Source: Prochlorococcus sp. AG-355-B18
GTDB taxonomy: Bacteria > Cyanobacteriota > Cyanobacteriia > PCC-6307 > Cyanobiaceae
Assembly (NCBI GenBank): GCA_003280965.1
Contig: QCDI01000001.1
Coordinates: 64,001-128,000 of the forward strand
Reading direction: 5' to 3'
DNA: 64,000 nucleotides
The position numbers and the translations under genes were made by a program. Position 1 is the stretch's first letter. The number at the start of each line of letters is the position of its first letter. Under the pieces are notes generated by a model. The model was not told the DNA's origin. It saw only the letters and a program-made list of their open reading frames with translations, and did not search any database. Below, one piece after another: positions 48,621-59,797 of this stretch.

Positions 48621-50438
48621 ATGGAATACGATATAGCAGAAATATCAAAATATATTCAAATTGCAAAAGATAAGCATAAAGAAGGAAATTTACATCAAGC
48701 AAATGAAATTTATAAAAAATTAATTAATCAAAAGATTTATACATATGATTTACTTATTTCATATGGACTTTTTAATAGAGAGATTAATAATCTAAAGATT
48801 GCTAAAAACTTATTTTTTTTGTCTGTTAAGAAATATCCATCAATTATCAAGCCTTATATATTATTAGCTGAAATTTTGAGGAAAGAGGGTAAATTTAATG
48901 ATGCTATAAAAACACTATTTGCAGCAAAAAATATAGAAAAATCTAATTCCGATATCTATTATAATTTATCAATCACTTATAGAGCTTTTAAATATCTTAA
49001 GGATGCATTACTTTCTATTGACTTTGCCATAAAGCTAAAGCCTAAAAATCAAATATATAAAATTTTAAAAGCTGATATTCTTACTGAATCTTTTCAAAAT
49101 GAAGATGCAAAAGAATTATTGACAAACTTAAAATTATCAAAAGATAGCACTTTACATTTTCAGAGGGAGATTTTAATCTCAAAGATATTTATTAATCAAA
49201 AAAAATATATAAAGTCAGAAGAAGTTCTTTTAAAATTAAAAAATTGGTTTAATAAAGAGAAAATTTTATATCTTACTTTGAGTGATCTTTATTTTAAAAA
49301 TAATGAATTAGAAAAAGGGATATCTATTTTAAAAGAAGGTATAAAACATTTCCCGGATTTCATCCCATTAAGGTTTAATTTGGGAGTCATGTATAGGAAT
49401 CTAGGGTTATTAGAGTTATCTATAAACACACACATAGAAATCTTACTAAAGGATCACTTGAATTCAAATAGTTTTTATGAATTATCAACTATGTATGATT
49501 TCTCAAAGCATAATGAACAATTAAAAACTCTTCTAAACATTGAAATAGAAAAGCTCTCTCCAATGGAAAAAATTTATATATGCTTTTCTAAAGCCAATAT
49601 TTATCATGCTAAGAAAGATTATAAAAAAAGTGCATATTTTTTAAAAATTGCAAATGAAGAAAAAATAAAACTTCAACCATCTGATTTAAAAAGAAAGTTA
49701 AATACAGGAAATCGCTATAGAAAAATAAAAATAAACAAAAAACTTAACTTAGAGAAAAGAATTGATAGTAATCGATATTTATTTATTGTTGGTATGCCAA
49801 GGTGTGGAAGCACATTGCTGGAGACCATTTTGAGTCTTAATCCTGAGGTTAAAGATATGGGAGAGGTTTTTTTCTTAGAGGAATCCCTTCTTAAAAATGA
49901 CGATTTAATAGGTGTTAAAAAGCTTTATGATGAAAAAGTTATGCTTATAGGTTCACAAAAGAAAATTTATACAGATAAAAATTTGTTCAATTTTTTATAT
50001 TGTCCAATTATCTATAATTTTTTCCCAAATGCAAGAATTATTCATTGTAAAAGGGACCCACTTGATAATATCCTTTCCATTTATAGGACTAATTTTTTGA
50101 ATCAAAGTTTTACAAGTTCTTTACATGATATTACCGAACTATATCTATACCATTTGGAACTTATGGATGAGTACAAAAACAAATTTGGATCGATTATTTA
50201 TAGTTATGATCATGATAAGGTAGTAATAAATCCTAAAGAAAATATTCGAAACTTAATTAATTGGCTTAATTGGGAGTGGAATGATAAATATCTCTCACCT
50301 CAAAAAAGTAAAAGAACTGTATTTACTGCAAGTAGTGCTCAGGTAAGAGAAAAAATTAATTCTAATTCTTCTGGATATTGGAAAAAATATGAGGATTTAT
50401 TGAAACCTGTAAGAAATCTTCTCCCCACGTGCGATTAG
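48621..50438 (+). CDS. TPR-containing sulfotransferase family protein
   Basis: FIVGMPRCGSTLLE, RDPLD, TASSAQVR. Confidence 0.9.
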   Translation: MEYDIAEISKYIQIAKDKHKEGNLHQANEIYKKLINQKIYTYDLLISYGLFNREINNLKIAKNLFFLSVKKYPSIIKPYILLAEILRKEGKFNDAIKTLFAAKNIEKSNSDIYYNLSITYRAFKYLKDALLSIDFAIKLKPKNQIYKILKADILTESFQNEDAKELLTNLKLSKDSTLHFQREILISKIFINQKKYIKSEEVLLKLKNWFNKEKILYLTLSDLYFKNNELEKGISILKEGIKHFPDFIPLRFNLGVMYRNLGLLELSINTHIEILLKDHLNSNSFYELSTMYDFSKHNEQLKTLLNIEIEKLSPMEKIYICFSKANIYHAKKDYKKSAYFLKIANEEKIKLQPSDLKRKLNTGNRYRKIKINKKLNLEKRIDSNRYLFIVGMPRCGSTLLETILSLNPEVKDMGEVFFLEESLLKNDDLIGVKKLYDEKVMLIGSQKKIYTDKNLFNFLYCPIIYNFFPNARIIHCKRDPLDNILSIYRTNFLNQSFTSSLHDITELYLYHLELMDEYKNKFGSIIYSYDHDKVVINPKENIRNLINWLNWEWNDKYLSPQKSKRTVFTASSAQVREKINSNSSGYWKKYEDLLKPVRNLLPTCD

Positions 50439-50518
50439 AAAAATGGCTATTGTCCTTTGCAATTTATTTGAATTGCACTAAAATTAATGGACAACTTAAT
50501 TCTGTGTGAGGAATTTTT

Positions 50519-51643
50519 ATGAAGTTATTCCAGCAATTGCTGGTAGCACCTGCAGCTCTTGGTCTTTTGGCACCTTTATCTGTTAGTGCTTCCGAAGTTA
50601 ATTTTGATGACATCTCTACATACTCTAATGATAATTTAGAGATAGATGTTAACTCATTTAACCAAAAATCTACAAACAATCTTCTAGCCGGTGGAGAAGG
50701 TTTAGTTGATAGTAGTGATACTATTGGTGGATTCTCTGAAACAACTACAGCATCATTCGGTGTTGATTTTGTTGTTGGTGCTGAAGACGGCGCAAAATCA
50801 GAGGCAACAGCATTTGGCTACCAAATGGGTATCGGTCTATCAACTAGTTTCACTGGTGATGATTCTCTCGACGTAGCTATTGATATAGGTGATGGTTCTT
50901 CTGGCGCTTTAGCTTTTGACGATACTTCTGATGTGCTAACAGTTGACGGACTTACATATACATTCCCAGTAGGTGGTGCAACAGTATTGGTTGGTGATTC
51001 AACTGACGTTAGTGCTTTATATACTGGAGCTTGTGCTTATAGTTCTTTCACTGATTACATGGGTAACTGTGGAACAGGAAGTACTGTTGGTGTAGGCGGT
51101 AGTGGTGTTACTGCTGCAATGTCATATGCATTTGATAGCGGATTCTCACTAGCTGCTGGTGTTTCTTCTCCTACATCTGAAATACTTGGTGCAGGTAAAA
51201 TTTCAGCAACAACTGACGCAACAACTGGTGTAACAACCAATGGTCAAGATATCTACGGTATTGAAGCTGCTTACACTGCAGATTCTTACGGTGTATCAGT
51301 TGCTTATGCTGACTATGATTTAGGATCAACTGCATGGGGAATTAACGGCTACTACGCTTTTGATGCTGTAACTTTAAGTGCAGGTGTTGAATCTGTAGAT
51401 GATGGTGAAACAGCTGAAGGTTTCTTTGTTGGTCTAAGTTTCCCTGAAGTTGGACCTGGTTCTCTAGACCTAGGTATGGGAACAACAGGTAACTTCAAGG
51501 ATGGAGCTACTGAGTACTACACATATGAAGCTTCATATGCTTATCCTCTAAATGATGGTGTAACAATCACTCCTGGTGTTTACATCATAGAGGGTGCAAC
51601 AGACGTTACTGGTGTAGCTCTAAAAACTTCATTTAGCTTCTAA
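50519..51643 (+). CDS. som: Outer-membrane porin (Som type)
   Basis: MKLFQQLLVAPA signal peptide; same C-terminal barrel as 47392. Confidence 0.9.
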   Translation: MKLFQQLLVAPAALGLLAPLSVSASEVNFDDISTYSNDNLEIDVNSFNQKSTNNLLAGGEGLVDSSDTIGGFSETTTASFGVDFVVGAEDGAKSEATAFGYQMGIGLSTSFTGDDSLDVAIDIGDGSSGALAFDDTSDVLTVDGLTYTFPVGGATVLVGDSTDVSALYTGACAYSSFTDYMGNCGTGSTVGVGGSGVTAAMSYAFDSGFSLAAGVSSPTSEILGAGKISATTDATTGVTTNGQDIYGIEAAYTADSYGVSVAYADYDLGSTAWGINGYYAFDAVTLSAGVESVDDGETAEGFFVGLSFPEVGPGSLDLGMGTTGNFKDGATEYYTYEASYAYPLNDGVTITPGVYIIEGATDVTGVALKTSFSF

Positions 51644-52230
51644 TTAAATTAATTTAATTATTAATTAAAACTACACACACAAAAGACCTACCTTACTGGT
51701 AGGTCTTTTTTATTTGAAAGAGTAAATTGTAAGATTTGAAAATATTGTTATATTAAATTTTGTAAGTGAAATTTATCAAAATATTTAAACTTGATCAAAT
51801 TTTACAAAAATTCATCCTGTATTAATTGAATGTCACCAATATTTAAGTGTTTGATTTGTAGAAAAGATATTGAAAGATCTACCAAGACTTTTTGGATTAA
51901 AAAGGGTCATCTATTATGTTCAACTTGCCTAGACAATATCGACAAAGAAAAAAACCCTTGATAATATCAAGAGTTAATTAAAAAATAAATTTTAATAGTA
52001 AATTAAATTTTTATGCTTAGTATCAACCAAATAAATCGTAATTAATGAGGATAGCTATTTAGCGTATCATGATTATTCACGTTGGTTTTAGGTAATTAAA
52101 AAAAGGAGTTAATAAGCAATTTTTTTAGCATAAAAAGATTTATGAGTAAAAAATAGAAATTGCCGATTATCTAATGGTATTAATTAACTGTGGCAAAATA
52201 AGCTTCTTGAAAAATATTCAAGAATTAAGC

Positions 52231-52338
52231 TTAAAACCATCCAGGAATAATTTGACCTGTAGTTACATATGCACCTACTGCTGCAACAAAACCTAACATT
52301 GCTGCCCAACCATTAAAACGTTCTGCTTCTGGAGTCAT
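52231..52338 (-). CDS. hli: High-light-inducible protein (35 aa)
   Basis: MTPEAERFNGWAAMLGFVAAVGAYVTTGQIIPGWF. Confidence 0.93.
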   Translation of the reverse strand: MTPEAERFNGWAAMLGFVAAVGAYVTTGQIIPGWF

Positions 52339-52353
52339 GATAATAAAAGTATA

Positions 52354-52393
52354 TTTGTGAACTATTGTAACAGCATTTATGAAGCTTTGTAAA
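52354..52393 (-). promoter_or_regulatory. HLR1 (RpaB-type) sites
   Basis: TTTACAAA-GC-TTCATAAA and GTTACAAT-AG-TTCACAAA. Confidence 0.65.
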
Positions 52394-52866
52394 GTACTTC
52401 TTTAAATTTTATTTTTGATAAAGGGTTTATTACTTATTGGATTGTTCTCAAGTAACAAAGCTGGTACATTTATGTATTGGAATTATTTTACTTAACAATT
52501 ACTTGAATAATCTTCTTAAAGTTATTCTTAATTTGTCATTTATTTAGTATTTCGATATCTAATAAATTTTAGTATCTCTGTCATTGAAGACGTTAGGGAA
52601 ATTTTTTCATAAATTTTATTCTCACAAAAAAAATCAAGATTGATCTAAAGGCGTATATTTTTGAGTGTTCAATTTGAATTCTTAAATAAATATATTTATT
52701 TTGTCTTTATTTAAATAATCAAAAAATTCTTAATTGCAAATAATTTACCCTGAAAATCATGGATAAATCAACTTAAATATAGTTGCATGGTTAATTTGAT
52801 TTTAGATAATGTTTAGTGAATATCTATTTTCTTCGATTAGATAAAGTTGAACTCAATTCAGAAATG

Positions 52867-52938
52867 TGGGTCGCCTGAGATTCGAACTCAGGACCAGCCG
52901 GTTAAAAGCCGGATGCTCTACCGCTGAGCTAGCGACCC
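52867..52938 (-). tRNA. trnK: tRNA-Lys(UUU)
   Basis: GGGTCGCTAGCTCAGCGGTAGAGCATCCGGCT-TTT-AACCGGCTGGTCCTGAGTTCGAATCTCAGGCGACCCA. Confidence 0.97.
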
Positions 52939-53115
52939 ATTAGTGTAATATTGATTACATATGAAATTATCCCTTCTTAAGGCCAAAAAAACAACTTTTT
53001 ATTTCAAGTTGAACAATAGAAAAACAATTCTTAACTTATGAAATAAAAAATTAAAATTTCTCTCTAAATTTACTGTTGAAAGGTAAAATATTTAATAAAT
53101 ATTAGAATTTCAAAA

Positions 53116-53232
53116 ATGCTAAGAACAATCGTAGTTTTCGCTCCAATTATCGCTGCTTTAGCTTGGGTTGTATTTAACATACAAAAACCAGCAAGAGAGC
53201 AATTCAATAGAGACTTTTTGGGTAAGGATTAA
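53116..53232 (+). CDS. psbY: Photosystem II protein Y
   Basis: [38 protein letters not shown]. Confidence 0.88.
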   Translation: MLRTIVVFAPIIAALAWVVFNIQKPAREQFNRDFLGKD

Positions 53233-53238
53233 TTTAAT

Positions 53239-54651
53239 TTGATAAAGAAAGAAGTAAGAGTAATTGGGGCAGGTCTTGCAGGTTCAGAAGCCGCTTGGCA
53301 AATAGCTAATTCTGGTGTACCAGTAAAATTAGTTGAAATGAGACCTCTTAAATCAACTCCAGCTCATCATACAAGTGAATTTGGAGAATTAGTTTGTAGT
53401 AATAGTTTTGGGGCTTTAAGTCCAGACCGAGCTTCAGGTTTATTGCAACAAGAGCTAAGAGCCTTTAATTCATTGATAGTTAATACAGCAGATAAATTTG
53501 CTGTTCCAGCTGGAGCCGCTTTGGCTGTTGATAGGTCAAAATTTAGTAGTGCTTTGACTGAAACTTTATCTAATCATCCTTTAATCGAAATTAAGAGGTT
53601 TGAACAACTGGATTTCCCATGCGAAGAAAATATTACTATCCTCGCTACTGGTCCATTAACTTCAGACAAGTTGTTCTCAAAGATTCAAGATTTTACTGGT
53701 ATTGATGTATGTCATTTTTTTGATGCTGCTAGCCCAATAATTTATGGAGATACTATTGATCATGAGATTGTCTTTAAAGCTAGTAGATACGACAAAGGAG
53801 ATCCTGCATACCTCAATTGTCCAATGCATAAAAATGATTACATACAATTTAGAAATGAACTATTAGAGGGGGAACAAGCTAATTTAAAAGATTTTGAAAA
53901 AGAATCTGCTAATTTCTTTGAAGCTTGTTTACCAATTGAAGAAATTGCTAGAAGGGGAGTTGATACTATGAGATTTGGACCCTTGAAATCTATTGGGTTG
54001 TGGAATCCAAAATGGGGTGATCTATTCGATAAAGAAAATAGATTGAAAAAGAGACCCCATGCAATTGTTCAATTAAGGAAAGAAGACTTAGAAGGGAAAT
54101 TATTAAATATGGTAGGTTTCCAAACTAACCTCAAATGGTCGGAGCAAAAACGAATATTTAGAATGATACCTGGTTTGGAGAATGCTGAGTTTGTACGTTT
54201 TGGAGTAATGCATAGAAACACATTTTTAGAGTCTCCAAAATTACTCTTGCCAACATTGCAATTTATAAAGAGAGAAAATCTTTTCGCTGCTGGCCAACTA
54301 ACAGGAACCGAAGGTTATGCAGCCGCAGCTGCTGGAGGATTGCTTGCAGGAATAAATGCATCCTTATTAGCTAAGGGAAAGCAAACAGTAAGTTTTCCAA
54401 GTGAATCAATGATTGGTTCTCTTATGAATTTCATCAGTAATAGAAATAAAATAATGTCTAATCAGAAGAAAAATAAATTCCAACCAATGCCTGCTTCATT
54501 TGGTTTGGTCCCAGAACTAACTAAAAGAATAAATGATAAAAGATTAAGATATAACGCTTATCAAGAGAGATCTAAAAAAGCCTTGATTGGGTTTAAAAAA
54601 ATATTAGATTCATATTTTGAAAAAGATCATAAACTTGTCGAGATTTATTAA
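53239..54651 (+). CDS. trmFO: FADH2-dependent tRNA U54 methyltransferase
   Basis: [29 protein letters not shown]. Confidence 0.96.
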   Translation: MIKKEVRVIGAGLAGSEAAWQIANSGVPVKLVEMRPLKSTPAHHTSEFGELVCSNSFGALSPDRASGLLQQELRAFNSLIVNTADKFAVPAGAALAVDRSKFSSALTETLSNHPLIEIKRFEQLDFPCEENITILATGPLTSDKLFSKIQDFTGIDVCHFFDAASPIIYGDTIDHEIVFKASRYDKGDPAYLNCPMHKNDYIQFRNELLEGEQANLKDFEKESANFFEACLPIEEIARRGVDTMRFGPLKSIGLWNPKWGDLFDKENRLKKRPHAIVQLRKEDLEGKLLNMVGFQTNLKWSEQKRIFRMIPGLENAEFVRFGVMHRNTFLESPKLLLPTLQFIKRENLFAAGQLTGTEGYAAAAAGGLLAGINASLLAKGKQTVSFPSESMIGSLMNFISNRNKIMSNQKKNKFQPMPASFGLVPELTKRINDKRLRYNAYQERSKKALIGFKKILDSYFEKDHKLVEIY

Positions 54652-54675
54652 TATGTACTTCTTAGAGTCTATAAA

Positions 54676-56220
54676 ATGAAAACCAATACAAGAAATTTCG
54701 ATGCAATTGTTATTGGCTCTGGAATAGGAGGGTTGGTAACGGCATCACAATTATCGGCTAAGGGAGCAAAAGTCCTAGTCCTTGAGAAATACATTATTCC
54801 AGGAGGCAGTGGTGGCTCTTTCAAAAGAAGAGGGTATACGTTCGATGTTGGTGCTTCGATGATATTTGGATTTGGAGATAAAGGTTATACCAATTTATTA
54901 ACTCGTGCTCTAAAAGATGTTAATGAAAAATGTGAAACTATTCCTGACCCTGTACAACTGGAATACCATCTACCAAATAATTTTAATATTTCTGTAGATA
55001 AAAACTATGAGGAATTTATAAATAAATTATCAGCTTGTTTCCCTAAAGAAAAAAAAGGTATCAAGAAATTTTACGACACTTGTGCAAGTGTATTCAAATG
55101 TTTAGATTCAATGCCTCTTTTATCAATAGAGGATCCTAGTTATCTTTTTAAAGTTTTCTTTAAATCTCCACTATCCTGTTTAGGATTAGCTAGATGGTTG
55201 CCAGTAAATGCAGGAGATGTCGCCAGAAAGTTTATAAAAGATCCTGAACTTTTAAAATTTATTGATATTGAATGTTTTTGTTGGTCAGTAATGCCAGCTC
55301 TCAAAACTCCTATGATTAATGCGGGAATGGTGTTCACAGATAGGCATGCTGGAGGAATAAATTATCCAAAAGGGGGAGTAGGAACGATAGCGGAGAAATT
55401 GGTCTCTGGAATCGAAAAGTTAGGAGGTGAAATTCGATACAAAGCCAATGTGAAAGAAATCATTTTAAAAGATGAGAAAGCAGTAGGCGTTAAGCTTTCG
55501 AATCAGGAAGAAATTTATTCAGATATTATTGTATCCAATTCCACTAGATGGGATACATTTGGACTTGAAGATAAAAAGAAAGGATTAGTTGCGAATAAAA
55601 ACGTTCCAAAAAGTGAATATAAGTGGTCAGAAACATACAAACCCTCTCCCTCTTTTGTCTCTATTCACCTAGGGGTAGAGAAGAATATAATAAGCAAAAA
55701 CTTTAATTGTCATCACATAATAGTTGAGAATTGGGATGAATTAGAAAGTGAAAAGGGGGTAATTTTTATTTCTATCCCTACCTTGCTAGACTCGAGTTTG
55801 GCCCCAGAAGGCAAACATATCATACATGCATTTACTCCTTCTGCTATTAGTGAATGGGAAGGTCTATCAAGGAAAGAATATCTTCAGAAGAAAGAAAAAT
55901 ATTTTTCATTTCTTATTGATAAGATTTCTAATATTTTGCCTAACCTTAAACAAAATATTGATCATAAGGAAATCGGAACGCCAAAAACCCATAAAAAGTT
56001 TCTTGGCAGATACAAAGGTAGTTATGGGCCAATACCTAGTAAAAAGTTGCTTGGACTTTTGCCAATGCCTTTCAACACTACAAAAATTAAAAACCTATAT
56101 TGCGTAGGGGATTCATGCTTCCCAGGTCAAGGCCTAAATGCAGTAGCGTTTAGTGGATATGCTTGCGCTCATAAAATAGGTGCAAAACTTAATATAAACA
56201 GTTTCAAATTACCAAAGTGA
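54676..56220 (+). CDS. crtH: Carotenoid isomerase
   Basis: GSGIGGL, FDVGASMIFG, GDSCFPGQGLNAVAFSG. Confidence 0.93.
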   Translation: MKTNTRNFDAIVIGSGIGGLVTASQLSAKGAKVLVLEKYIIPGGSGGSFKRRGYTFDVGASMIFGFGDKGYTNLLTRALKDVNEKCETIPDPVQLEYHLPNNFNISVDKNYEEFINKLSACFPKEKKGIKKFYDTCASVFKCLDSMPLLSIEDPSYLFKVFFKSPLSCLGLARWLPVNAGDVARKFIKDPELLKFIDIECFCWSVMPALKTPMINAGMVFTDRHAGGINYPKGGVGTIAEKLVSGIEKLGGEIRYKANVKEIILKDEKAVGVKLSNQEEIYSDIIVSNSTRWDTFGLEDKKKGLVANKNVPKSEYKWSETYKPSPSFVSIHLGVEKNIISKNFNCHHIIVENWDELESEKGVIFISIPTLLDSSLAPEGKHIIHAFTPSAISEWEGLSRKEYLQKKEKYFSFLIDKISNILPNLKQNIDHKEIGTPKTHKKFLGRYKGSYGPIPSKKLLGLLPMPFNTTKIKNLYCVGDSCFPGQGLNAVAFSGYACAHKIGAKLNINSFKLPK

Positions 56221-56250
56221 ACGTTACCAAACTAAATTCATCCTCTTGAA

Positions 56251-56757
56251 ATGATAGAAAAGTTTAAAACTCTTTTTTTCGTGAAAAGTTCGTTAACTAC
56301 GTTATACTTAGCGCTTACAATTCCAATACCGTTTATATCAATTGATCAATTAAAAATACTTTCTATAACTGCATTTGTCTTAGGCCTTTATTTAATTATC
56401 AATATCACAAGCGACTACGTGGAGACTTGCAATAATAAAATTTCATACAAAACAAGCTTTATTTCTAGAACCTTAGGAAGAAAAAATTGGGAGATTTTTT
56501 GGAAAGATATTAAGTTGATTGAATCATTACCAACCAGTCAGGGTAGTAAAGTTTTTTACTTTAATACAAAAAAAGGGGATAATTTTCTTATTCCACAAAG
56601 GGTAGAAAATTTTGAAAAATTTTTGTTAATCGTGTCCAAAAATACTGGTATTGCAACTAATGAATTGTCTTATATTTCACCACTTTGGACTTATAAATTG
56701 CTTACGTTTTTATCAGTCCTTATGATTACAGGTGAACTTTTTGCTTTTCTGCATTAA
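56251..56757 (+). CDS. Conserved membrane protein
   Basis: LYLALTIPIP...TSQG. Confidence 0.8.
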   Translation: MIEKFKTLFFVKSSLTTLYLALTIPIPFISIDQLKILSITAFVLGLYLIINITSDYVETCNNKISYKTSFISRTLGRKNWEIFWKDIKLIESLPTSQGSKVFYFNTKKGDNFLIPQRVENFEKFLLIVSKNTGIATNELSYISPLWTYKLLTFLSVLMITGELFAFLH

Positions 56758-57491
56758 ATATTATCAATACTAAATCTGTAACCTTGTTGTCTTACGGTTG
56801 TTATACCTCCGCCTTCTCCTAATCCGGCCTGTTCTAACTTTCTTCTCAATGTTAGGACTTGAGTATCTACAGACCTTGGACCTCCACTGAAAGGAGGCCA
56901 GGCCATTCTTAGGAGCTCTTGACGACTTCTTACCATTCCAGGTGGCATCAATAGAGCGCAGAGCAGTGCAAACTCTCTTGGGCTTAATTCTACAGGCTTC
57001 TCGCTTAGTGTGACTTGTCTTAAAAGAAGATGAACTTCCAAAGGTCCAACTTCAACTTTTTCTTGTAAGCCTATTCTTCCTCTTTTTAAGAGGGTTCTAC
57101 ATCTTGCAGCAAGTTCTTCTAATCCAAATGGTTTCCTTAGAACGTCATCAGCACCTTCATCTAAAAGGTTAACTAACGCTTCCACGCCTGATCTCGCAGT
57201 CAAAACAATAACTGAACAACCTAATTGTTGAGCGAGTCTCATTGCAGTATTCTGCTCAAGGATTTCTGCACTTACTAATAAATCAGGCGACTGTTCTCTG
57301 CATAAATCCACTGCTTCTGCAGCCGATCCAACTGCGGCCGCAAGGTGACCATCTTGACGAAGACGTTGTACAAGCACAGTTCTAAGTGTGGGGTGAGGTT
57401 CAACAACTAGAACTCTTGAAGGAGTTTGTGAGCTCATAGGCAATTGTGAACTGCCAAGAGTTGAAGCTAAGATTTGCTCAGTTGATTGCAT
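56754..57491 (-). CDS. OmpR-family response regulator (atypical receiver)
   Basis: GADDVLRKPF, winged-helix TVRQQGYRF. Confidence 0.92.
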   Translation of the reverse strand: MQSTEQILASTLGSSQLPMSSQTPSRVLVVEPHPTLRTVLVQRLRQDGHLAAAVGSAAEAVDLCREQSPDLLVSAEILEQNTAMRLAQQLGCSVIVLTARSGVEALVNLLDEGADDVLRKPFGLEELAARCRTLLKRGRIGLQEKVEVGPLEVHLLLRQVTLSEKPVELSPREFALLCALLMPPGMVRSRQELLRMAWPPFSGGPRSVDTQVLTLRRKLEQAGLGEGGGITTVRQQGYRFSIDNI

Positions 57492-57577
57492 TCTTAATTA
57501 CTGTTGGGCCAGGCAATTTTTTATCATCCTTAATAAGGTATAACAAATGCTAAATAAAAATCAGAATCTATCGAATT

Positions 57578-57847
57578 ATGACATCATTTGAAAATCCTAA
57601 AGCAATTCGTCATTTTCAATCAATTTGCGATGGTTGCCAAGACTTAGTAACTCGATTTCATCCACCATCTGATCTTAAATTATATAGTGATGGTTATCTT
57701 CAAGCTTTAAGGAATTGCAATAGTTTAGAGCAGAGAGATCAAGAGAAATTAGAAAGATTAATAGAAAGATGGATATTAGATCCATCAAGTTTTATTGATC
57801 CAGAGGGGGATGAAAATAAAGGTTTTTTTAATAAAAAAAAGATTTAA
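57578..57847 (+). CDS. Conserved cyanobacterial hypothetical protein
   Basis: AIRHFQSICD...LYSDGYLQAL. Confidence 0.8.
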   Translation: MTSFENPKAIRHFQSICDGCQDLVTRFHPPSDLKLYSDGYLQALRNCNSLEQRDQEKLERLIERWILDPSSFIDPEGDENKGFFNKKKI

Positions 57848-57895
57848 AATATTAATTTTTATTAACTTAATCAGTATTTATACTTACTAATTGTC

Positions 57896-58219
57896 TTAAG
57901 ACGCTAATTCAATTTCTATCTTTTCTTTTAAAGCCCCTGAATTATACATTTCGATAAGAATATCTGATCCGCCAAGAAATTCTCCTTTTAAGTACACTTG
58001 AGGAATGGTTGGCCAATCAGAATATTCTTTGATACCTTCTCTGACCTCGAAATCGCTTAAAACATCAAAAGTACTAAATTCCACCCCTAATGAATTAAGT
58101 ATTTGAACTACGTTGTTAGAAAAACCACATTGAGGCATTAATTTAGTGCCTTTCATAAATACCATCAATGGATTAGATTCAATAAGTTTTTGTATCTTGT
58201 TTTTTGTTAAGTTGTCCAT
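57896..58219 (-). CDS. grxD: Monothiol glutaredoxin
   Basis: PQCGFS, WPTIPQ. Confidence 0.95.
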   Translation of the reverse strand: MDNLTKNKIQKLIESNPLMVFMKGTKLMPQCGFSNNVVQILNSLGVEFSTFDVLSDFEVREGIKEYSDWPTIPQVYLKGEFLGGSDILIEMYNSGALKEKIEIELAS

Positions 58220-58222
58220 AAT

Positions 58223-58453
58223 TTAATTTGGTGTTCCTGTTTTTAATGCCAGAGCATGAATAGCCTCTGAAGCTAACTCTTCTTTTAAAGCAGAATAAAC
58301 TAGCTGGTGTTGTTTAACTAATGATAATCCATGGAATTCAGACGCAATGACGGTAACCTGCAAATGATCATTTCCCTTTATGTTTTCAACAAAAACTTGG
58401 GAACTTGGTAATTTTTTGGTTATTAAATTGATAACTTCTGTTTTAGTAATCAT
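58223..58453 (-). CDS. bolA: BolA family protein
   Basis: DHLQV...HQLVY...IHALAL. Confidence 0.93.
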   Translation of the reverse strand: MITKTEVINLITKKLPSSQVFVENIKGNDHLQVTVIASEFHGLSLVKQHQLVYSALKEELASEAIHALALKTGTPN

Positions 58454-58465
58454 GATTAATTTTAA

Positions 58466-58981
58466 TCATCCCTTATATTTTGTTTCAACAAATCCTAGTT
58501 GAATTAATCTTTCATAAGCCTCTCTACCTTCTTTGCTATTGGGTGACATTATTCTAATCGTTTCAACAAGTAAAGGTACTGCTACATCTGGTTTTTCATC
58601 TTTTATGTAAAGAGACGCTAATCTTTTATTAGATTCTGCCAAAATTTGTAATGTTTCCTTACCTTTTATTTGCATTTCTTTTGGTATTCTTGCATCAACG
58701 CCTTTAAAGGATGTATTTAGATCGGAATAAAAAGATGCGAGTTGCTTTGCTAATTTTCTTGCATTTAAATAAGAATCCTTAGCTTTATCAAAATCACCAT
58801 TTTTTATAAATTTATCGCCTTGTGTTAAGTAATACTCTACGTTTGAGATAGATAGTTTTTTATTATCATTTGAAAGTACTTTATAGTCTTTTGGATTCTT
58901 AACTTCTGCATGAACTAAATTTTTATATGGAAAATTTCCAAAAAATATAAATAAAATTGGGATTAATTTTAGGAATTTCAT
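58466..58981 (-). CDS. Conserved hypothetical (TPR-like) protein
   Basis: SFKGVDARI...AVPLLVE. Confidence 0.8.
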   Translation of the reverse strand: MKFLKLIPILFIFFGNFPYKNLVHAEVKNPKDYKVLSNDNKKLSISNVEYYLTQGDKFIKNGDFDKAKDSYLNARKLAKQLASFYSDLNTSFKGVDARIPKEMQIKGKETLQILAESNKRLASLYIKDEKPDVAVPLLVETIRIMSPNSKEGREAYERLIQLGFVETKYKG

Positions 58982-59024
58982 ATTCTCATTGAATTATTAA
59001 AATTAATACTAACTTATGACGGAT

Positions 59025-59699
59025 TCATCTACCGACATTCTTTAACGCTATTTCTTCTTCAATTGTCATTTTTTCATTTAGAAATTTATTAAATTCTTCT
59101 ATAGATGTGTTTAAATAATCATTCATTACAATCGGTTGTCCAAATGATAAACAAAATTTGCTCCTAAATTTCGGGAATACTTCGCTATAGGCAATTCCGA
59201 TTGGAAGTATAGTTATTGATTTTGTTTTTTTTGTGGCTAATAGCGCTAATCTGTATAAACCTTCTTTAAGGATTAACTTTTTACCGTATCTATTGATTTT
59301 CCCTTCGGGGAAAACAACTAGTTGTTCCTTTTTTTCTATAAGATTAATTGCGTATCTTAATGTTGAGAGAGATGGTGATAGTTGATTTATCGAAAAACAT
59401 CCAAGTCTTTTTAAAAACCAACCTTGTATCCCTCTCATTTCGGAATTAGTAACCATAAACCTACAATCTTTGTTAGTTACTCTTCTGCCCATTGCCATAG
59501 TGAGGATTAAGCCATCCCATCTTGATCTATGGGTTGGAGCGAAAATAACAGAGGAGTTTGTAGGGATCGAAAACCCATTATTGATTATTTTCTTTTTACT
59601 AAAAAAAAACCTTAAAACAATGTCCTGAGTAACGAACATCGCTAAGAATCCCAATACTGGGTTGATTCTATAAAAAATATCTACGGATTTTTTCTTCAA
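59025..59699 (-). CDS. Lysophospholipid acyltransferase
   Basis: HRSRWD (HX4D), FPEG. Confidence 0.9.
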   Translation of the reverse strand: MKKKSVDIFYRINPVLGFLAMFVTQDIVLRFFFSKKKIINNGFSIPTNSSVIFAPTHRSRWDGLILTMAMGRRVTNKDCRFMVTNSEMRGIQGWFLKRLGCFSINQLSPSLSTLRYAINLIEKKEQLVVFPEGKINRYGKKLILKEGLYRLALLATKKTKSITILPIGIAYSEVFPKFRSKFCLSFGQPIVMNDYLNTSIEEFNKFLNEKMTIEEEIALKNVGR

Positions 59700-59797
59700 A
59701 TTTAACTTACTATATATTAATAATTTAAGTGTTTGTAATTTTTTATTAGCTATTATTGGGCGGTTACTAGATTGTCTAAAAATAAGATTTTTAAATT

